DNA of 64,000 nt from positions 180,636 to 244,635 of the forward strand of contig JAVZXS010000001.1 in assembly GCA_038886535.1 (NCBI GenBank). Reading direction: 5' to 3'. The stretch's first letter is position 1. Each line of letters begins with the position of its first letter. The translations under genes and the position numbers were made by a program. Origin of the DNA: Candidatus Micrarchaeia archaeon (GTDB taxonomy: Archaea; Micrarchaeota; Micrarchaeia; CABMEP01). Below the pieces are notes generated by a model. That model was not told the DNA's origin. It saw only the letters and a list, made by a program, of their open reading frames with translations, and did no database searches. Below are positions 60,048 to 64,000 of the stretch, in pieces.

Positions 60048-60650
60048 TCAATATTCTTCACACTTCAATTGATAGAAAGCTTTAGGATGGTCACAAGATG
60101 GACATTTTTCAGGAGGGAATTTTCCAAAGTGTACATAACCACACTCTCTACATACCCACCAAACTTTATCGTTCTTATTAAAGAATGTACCTTTTTCAAG
60201 CTGTTCAAGTATCTTTTTATATCGTTCTTCATGGTGCTCTTCAGCTTTAGCGATGGCCCTTAATCTCTGTGCTATTTCTTTTAACCCTTCCTTTTCAGCT
60301 ATGTCAGCGAATTCAGGATACATTTTTGCATATTCATAGTTTTCTCCTGCGATTGCAGCTTTAAGATTATCGATAGTATTTCCGAATACGGTTGGAGCGG
60401 ATGCCTCAACTTTTATTTCATTGTACTTCTCTATCTTTTCTCCTCTCTCAGCAGCTTTTTTCTTCAGTTCATTTATCAGTTTAAATAGCCAACTTGCATG
60501 TTCTCTCTCATTATCTGCAGTTATAAGGAATATTTCTGCAATTTGCTCATATCCTTCATTTCTTGCCACTTTCGCATAGAAAGTATATCTATTTCTTGCT
60601 TGACTTTCACCTATAAATGCCTTCGCTAAATTTTCAATCGTCTTCTCCAT
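60048..60650 (-). CDS. rbr: Rubrerythrin
   Basis: AFIGESQARNRY, EREHA, GENYE, EEHH, C-terminal CRECG...CPSC; start moved to ATG 60650 after GGAGGTG. Confidence 0.95.
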   Translation of the reverse strand: MEKTIENLAKAFIGESQARNRYTFYAKVARNEGYEQIAEIFLITADNEREHASWLFKLINELKKKAAERGEKIEKYNEIKVEASAPTVFGNTIDNLKAAIAGENYEYAKMYPEFADIAEKEGLKEIAQRLRAIAKAEEHHEERYKKILEQLEKGTFFNKNDKVWWVCRECGYVHFGKFPPEKCPSCDHPKAFYQLKCEEY

Positions 60651-60796
60651 TCCAACACCTCCAAAATTAGACATATATATTTGATTGAAAATGTTCATAA
60701 ATATATCTATAACTTAATTTGTGATGTTCCTGATGTAAAAGATAAATTAAGCGAGGTATAGTAATATTTATAAATCTAATATAATATTATATATTT

Positions 60797-60911
60797 AACG
60801 ATTTTTAGATCGTTTCCCGGCAAAGCGGTCTCTGCGATCGATTAACGCGAGAGACTCACATATCATTTGATATGTGACAGGTATACTGCATCTTTGATGC
60901 ACTACCGCGCT
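60797..60911 (+). promoter_or_regulatory. Structured 5' leader of the rpl3 operon (candidate r-protein leader)
   Basis: TATA TTTATAAA at 60767-60774, then four hairpins, three of them enclosed by AGCG/CGCT. Confidence 0.6.
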
Positions 60912-60976
60912 ATAGAATTGAAAGCATTTCATATATAGTTTAGTATTCATATTCATAATTCAAAAAGTGATGGTAA

Positions 60977-61957
60977 ATGGGAAAAGTTATTAAGCCAAGA
61001 GCAGGTTCTCTTGCATTTAGACCAAGAAAACGTTCGAAAGACATTACTCCAAGAATGCGAACTTGGAGAATCACCGATAAAGTGCAGTTACTGGGATATC
61101 CAGTCTATAAAGTAGGAATGAAGCAAGCAGGAATAATAGATGATTCTAGATCTCCAACTAAGGGAATGGAATTAACAGTACCAGTTACAATTTTAGAAGC
61201 ACCAAAGATAACTATTTATGGAGCAAGGCTTTATCAGAAAACTCTCACTGGAACAAAGTGTTTGGGTGATGCTCTTTCAATCAATACAAAAGTAGCATCA
61301 ATGCTAGGTATGTCAAAGAAAGATAAGAAAAGAAAGGATATAAAATGGCTAGAAGAAAAAATATCTTCATTTAATGATGAAGATAAAAAAGATCTTTATA
61401 TTTCAGTTCTTGCCGTAACTAATACAAAGGAAGCAGGAATTCCAAAGAAGACTGGAGATACAGTTGAAATAGCAATAGGTGGAAATGATATTAAATCTCA
61501 ATTGGAGTATGTCAAATCCATACTTGGAAAGGATATAACTCCAAATGAAGTATTTGAAGAAGGAGAATATGTTGATGCAATAGCAGTAACAAGAGGACAT
61601 GGCTGGCAGGGAGTTATTAGAAGATTCGGTGTTCACAAACAAAGACCTAAGAATACTGGAAGAGTAAGACACAGAGGTACATTAGGTCCATGGCATCCAG
61701 CATATGTTATGTATACTGTTCCACAAGCAGGTCAACATGGATTCCATAGAAGAACTCAATATAATAATAGAATACTTTTGATTGGAGATGATCCATCTAA
61801 AGTTAATATTCCTGGTGGTTACCCACACTATGGAGAAGTCAAATCTTCGTTTATATGTGTTAAGGGTTCAGTTCCAGGAACTCAAAAGAGATTTGTATTC
61901 CTTAGAAAATCCATAAGGAATACTTCTGTGCAGAAACCACAGATTTTATGGTTCTGA
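60977..61957 (+). CDS. rpl3: 50S ribosomal protein L3 (archaeal type)
   Basis: PRAGSLAFRPRKR, GTLGPWHP, QAGQHGFHRRT, KGSVPG. Confidence 0.97.
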   Translation: MGKVIKPRAGSLAFRPRKRSKDITPRMRTWRITDKVQLLGYPVYKVGMKQAGIIDDSRSPTKGMELTVPVTILEAPKITIYGARLYQKTLTGTKCLGDALSINTKVASMLGMSKKDKKRKDIKWLEEKISSFNDEDKKDLYISVLAVTNTKEAGIPKKTGDTVEIAIGGNDIKSQLEYVKSILGKDITPNEVFEEGEYVDAIAVTRGHGWQGVIRRFGVHKQRPKNTGRVRHRGTLGPWHPAYVMYTVPQAGQHGFHRRTQYNNRILLIGDDPSKVNIPGGYPHYGEVKSSFICVKGSVPGTQKRFVFLRKSIRNTSVQKPQILWF

Positions 61958-61983
61958 AATTCAAAAGATAATAGGTTGATCAT

Positions 61984-62763
61984 ATGGTAAGTATTTCATT
62001 ATATTCTCAAAATGGTTCACCAACTGGAAAAATAGAGCTTCCAGAGATATTTAGAACAGAGATAAGAGAAGATCTTATCAGAAGAGCAGTTTTATCTGAG
62101 GAATCAGAAAAACTACAACCAAAAGGAGCTTTTCCAAGAGCAGGTTTGCAAACAACTGCAAGGTATATTGGTAGGAAGGATGCTTATCACTCACTCAAAA
62201 ACAGAGGAATTGCAAAGCTTCCAAGAGAACTCTATCCAAAAGGAAGAATCGGAAGAGTAAGGGTAGTTCCATGGGCAGTAAAAGGTAGGAGAGCTCATCC
62301 TCCAAAAGTAGAAAAAGTTCTTATTGAGAGGATAAATAAAAGAGAAAAAAAGAAAGCACTTCATTCTGCAATTGCAGCTACCGCTAATAAGGAAATGGTT
62401 GGCAAGAAACACATATTACCAAAGATAGACATCCCTATTGTTCTTGATGATTCGTGCGAATCTTTATCAAAAACAAAAGAAGTTGTTTCTTTATTTGAAC
62501 ATCTTGATCTTATGAAGGATATTGAAAGAGCTGAACAAAGAACTAAAAGAAATAATGGAAGAAAAGGTGGGGTAAAAACACCTAAGTCAATTCTTTTAAT
62601 CGCTGCGAAGGATTCTAAGCTTCTTAAAGCAGCAAAGAACCTTCCAGGTGTTACAGTTACAACGATAGATAATCTTAAAGTTTCAGATCTTGCACCTGGT
62701 GGAGTACCAGGCAGATTAACAGTTTGGACAAAATCTGCAATCGAAAATTTAAGTAAGGTTTAA
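61984..62763 (+). CDS. rpl4: 50S ribosomal protein L4 (archaeal type)
   Basis: IREDLIRRA, VKGRRAHPPK, LAPGGVPGRLTVWT. Confidence 0.97.
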   Translation: MVSISLYSQNGSPTGKIELPEIFRTEIREDLIRRAVLSEESEKLQPKGAFPRAGLQTTARYIGRKDAYHSLKNRGIAKLPRELYPKGRIGRVRVVPWAVKGRRAHPPKVEKVLIERINKREKKKALHSAIAATANKEMVGKKHILPKIDIPIVLDDSCESLSKTKEVVSLFEHLDLMKDIERAEQRTKRNNGRKGGVKTPKSILLIAAKDSKLLKAAKNLPGVTVTTIDNLKVSDLAPGGVPGRLTVWTKSAIENLSKV

Positions 62764-62786
62764 CTATATATTGAAATGTATAATAA

Positions 62787-63044
62787 GTGGGTGAAATTAT
62801 GATTATATATCCCGTAACAACTGAAAAGGCAATAAATCAAATTTCAAAGAACAATACTTTAGTATTTAATGTTGATCCTAAACAAACTAAGAGATCAATA
62901 AAGGAGTATATCGAAAAAGAATATGGCGTTAAGGTTGCTTCAGTAAATGTACTAAATAATTTCTCAAATAAAAAAGTAGCATACGTTAAGCTTAAAAAGG
63001 AATATTCAGCAATGGATCTTGCGTCAAAACTTAAGATATTGTAA
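62787..63044 (+). CDS. rpl23: 50S ribosomal protein L23
   Basis: YPVTTEKA, NTLVFNV, KVAYVKL. Confidence 0.96.
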   Translation: MGEIMIIYPVTTEKAINQISKNNTLVFNVDPKQTKRSIKEYIEKEYGVKVASVNVLNNFSNKKVAYVKLKKEYSAMDLASKLKIL

Positions 63045-63081
63045 ATTATATTGATAGTTTAATGATTAGATAGGTGTGTTT

Positions 63082-63819
63082 ATGGGTAAAATGTTAAATC
63101 AACAAAGAAGAGGAAAGGGAAGTCCAGCATTCTCTGCTCCATCGCATAAATTTAATGCAAAAGTTTCATTTAGATCTTACGATGAAAAAGAAAAGAATTC
63201 TGTAGTTAAAGGAAAAGTTATAGAATTCATCAATAATCCTGCCCACAGTGGTTTAATAATGAATGTAAAGACTGAAGATGGCCAGATAGTTTCACTTCTT
63301 GCCCCAGAAGGAATTGCAATAGGAGATGAGATAGAATTTGGGGCTAATGCAGGAATTAAATTAGGAAATGTTCTTCCTCTTGCAAAGATTCCAGATGGAA
63401 TGTATGTTTATAATATAGAGTTAGTTCCAGGAGACGGTGGAAAGCTAATAAGAGCAGCTGGAACATCAGGAACAGTAATATCTCATACAGATAAAGAGGT
63501 TTATGTTGCATTACCATCAAAGAAGGTTAAAATATTCAATGCTAATTGCAGAGCACAGATCGGATTAATTTCAATGGGTGGAAGATTAATGAGACCTGTT
63601 TTCAAGGCAGGAAAGAAATATCACATGGTGGCTTCAACAGCAAGATATTGGCCAAAAGTCAGAGGAGTTGCAATGTCTGTATATGACCATCCATTCGGTG
63701 GAAAGCAGCACCACCCAGGTCGTTCAACGATTGTTGCAAGGAACGCACCACCGGGAAGAAAGGTTGGTCTTTTGGCAGCAGCTTCTGTTGGAAGAGGAAA
63801 GAAAAGAAAGAAAGTTTAA
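63082..63819 (+). CDS. rpl2: 50S ribosomal protein L2
   Basis: QQRRGKGSP, NIELVPGDGGK, WPKVRGVAM, HPFGG. Confidence 0.97.
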   Translation: MGKMLNQQRRGKGSPAFSAPSHKFNAKVSFRSYDEKEKNSVVKGKVIEFINNPAHSGLIMNVKTEDGQIVSLLAPEGIAIGDEIEFGANAGIKLGNVLPLAKIPDGMYVYNIELVPGDGGKLIRAAGTSGTVISHTDKEVYVALPSKKVKIFNANCRAQIGLISMGGRLMRPVFKAGKKYHMVASTARYWPKVRGVAMSVYDHPFGGKQHHPGRSTIVARNAPPGRKVGLLAAASVGRGKKRKKV

Positions 63820-63850
63820 TATTTCGAGATGTTCATAAAGGAGTGATTAA

Positions 63851-64000
63851 ATGGCAAGGAAATTTATATTTCGTGGAAAAACTCTTGAAGAGCTTCAGGC
63901 AATGTCTCTTGATGAATTTGCAAATTTAATTAAATCAAGAGCAAGAAGATATATTAAGAAGATGCCAATCAAGTACAAAAAACTTCTAATAAAGGCAGAG
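63851..64000 (+). CDS. rps19: 30S ribosomal protein S19 (runs off the right edge)
   Basis: MARKFIFRGKTLEELQAMSLDEFANLIKSRARR; follows rpl2. Confidence 0.93.
   Translation, partial: MARKFIFRGKTLEELQAMSLDEFANLIKSRARRYIKKMPIKYKKLLIKAE

Noticed and set aside
1..64000. Alternative genetic code, inteins, tRNA introns, provirus or IS elements
   Set aside because: Core genes are full length under code 11 with TAA/TAG/TGA all used as stops; MCM is normal size; the four tRNAs are uninterrupted; no integrase, transposase or capsid motifs were recognised.

Overview
AT-rich archaeal chromosome segment. Evidence: MCM, PriS/PriL, GINS, aIF2alpha/beta, aIF1A, NAC, Nop10, L44e/S27e, archaeal-type L3/L4/L23/L2/S19 and TATA-box promoters. 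Compact, divergent genes suggest a DPANN lineage, possibly Micrarchaeota-like; this is inference and was not tested. The window holds about 58 CDS, four intron-less tRNAs (Gly-TCC, Ile-GAT, Lys-TTT, Cys-GCA), a reduced RNase P RNA and a C/D-box RNA. No CRISPR array, integrase, transposase or rRNA was seen. Main points of interest: (1) an intact bacterial-type MEP-pathway dxr between archaeal core operons, in a genome that also encodes archaeal ether-lipid enzymes; (2) an orphan secreted protein with outer-membrane beta-barrel-like features; (3) a putative surface/attachment operon (2718-aa beta-helix/Ig protein plus two related Cys-rich membrane-anchored proteins); (4) a C/D-box RNA whose two guides are complementary to its own downstream sequence just before priL; (5) structured RNA leaders (rpl3 operon, TRAM gene, and a wHTH regulator with a palindromic operator); (6) a type-M-like RNase P RNA. 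All product calls come from motif recognition by eye, not from database searches.
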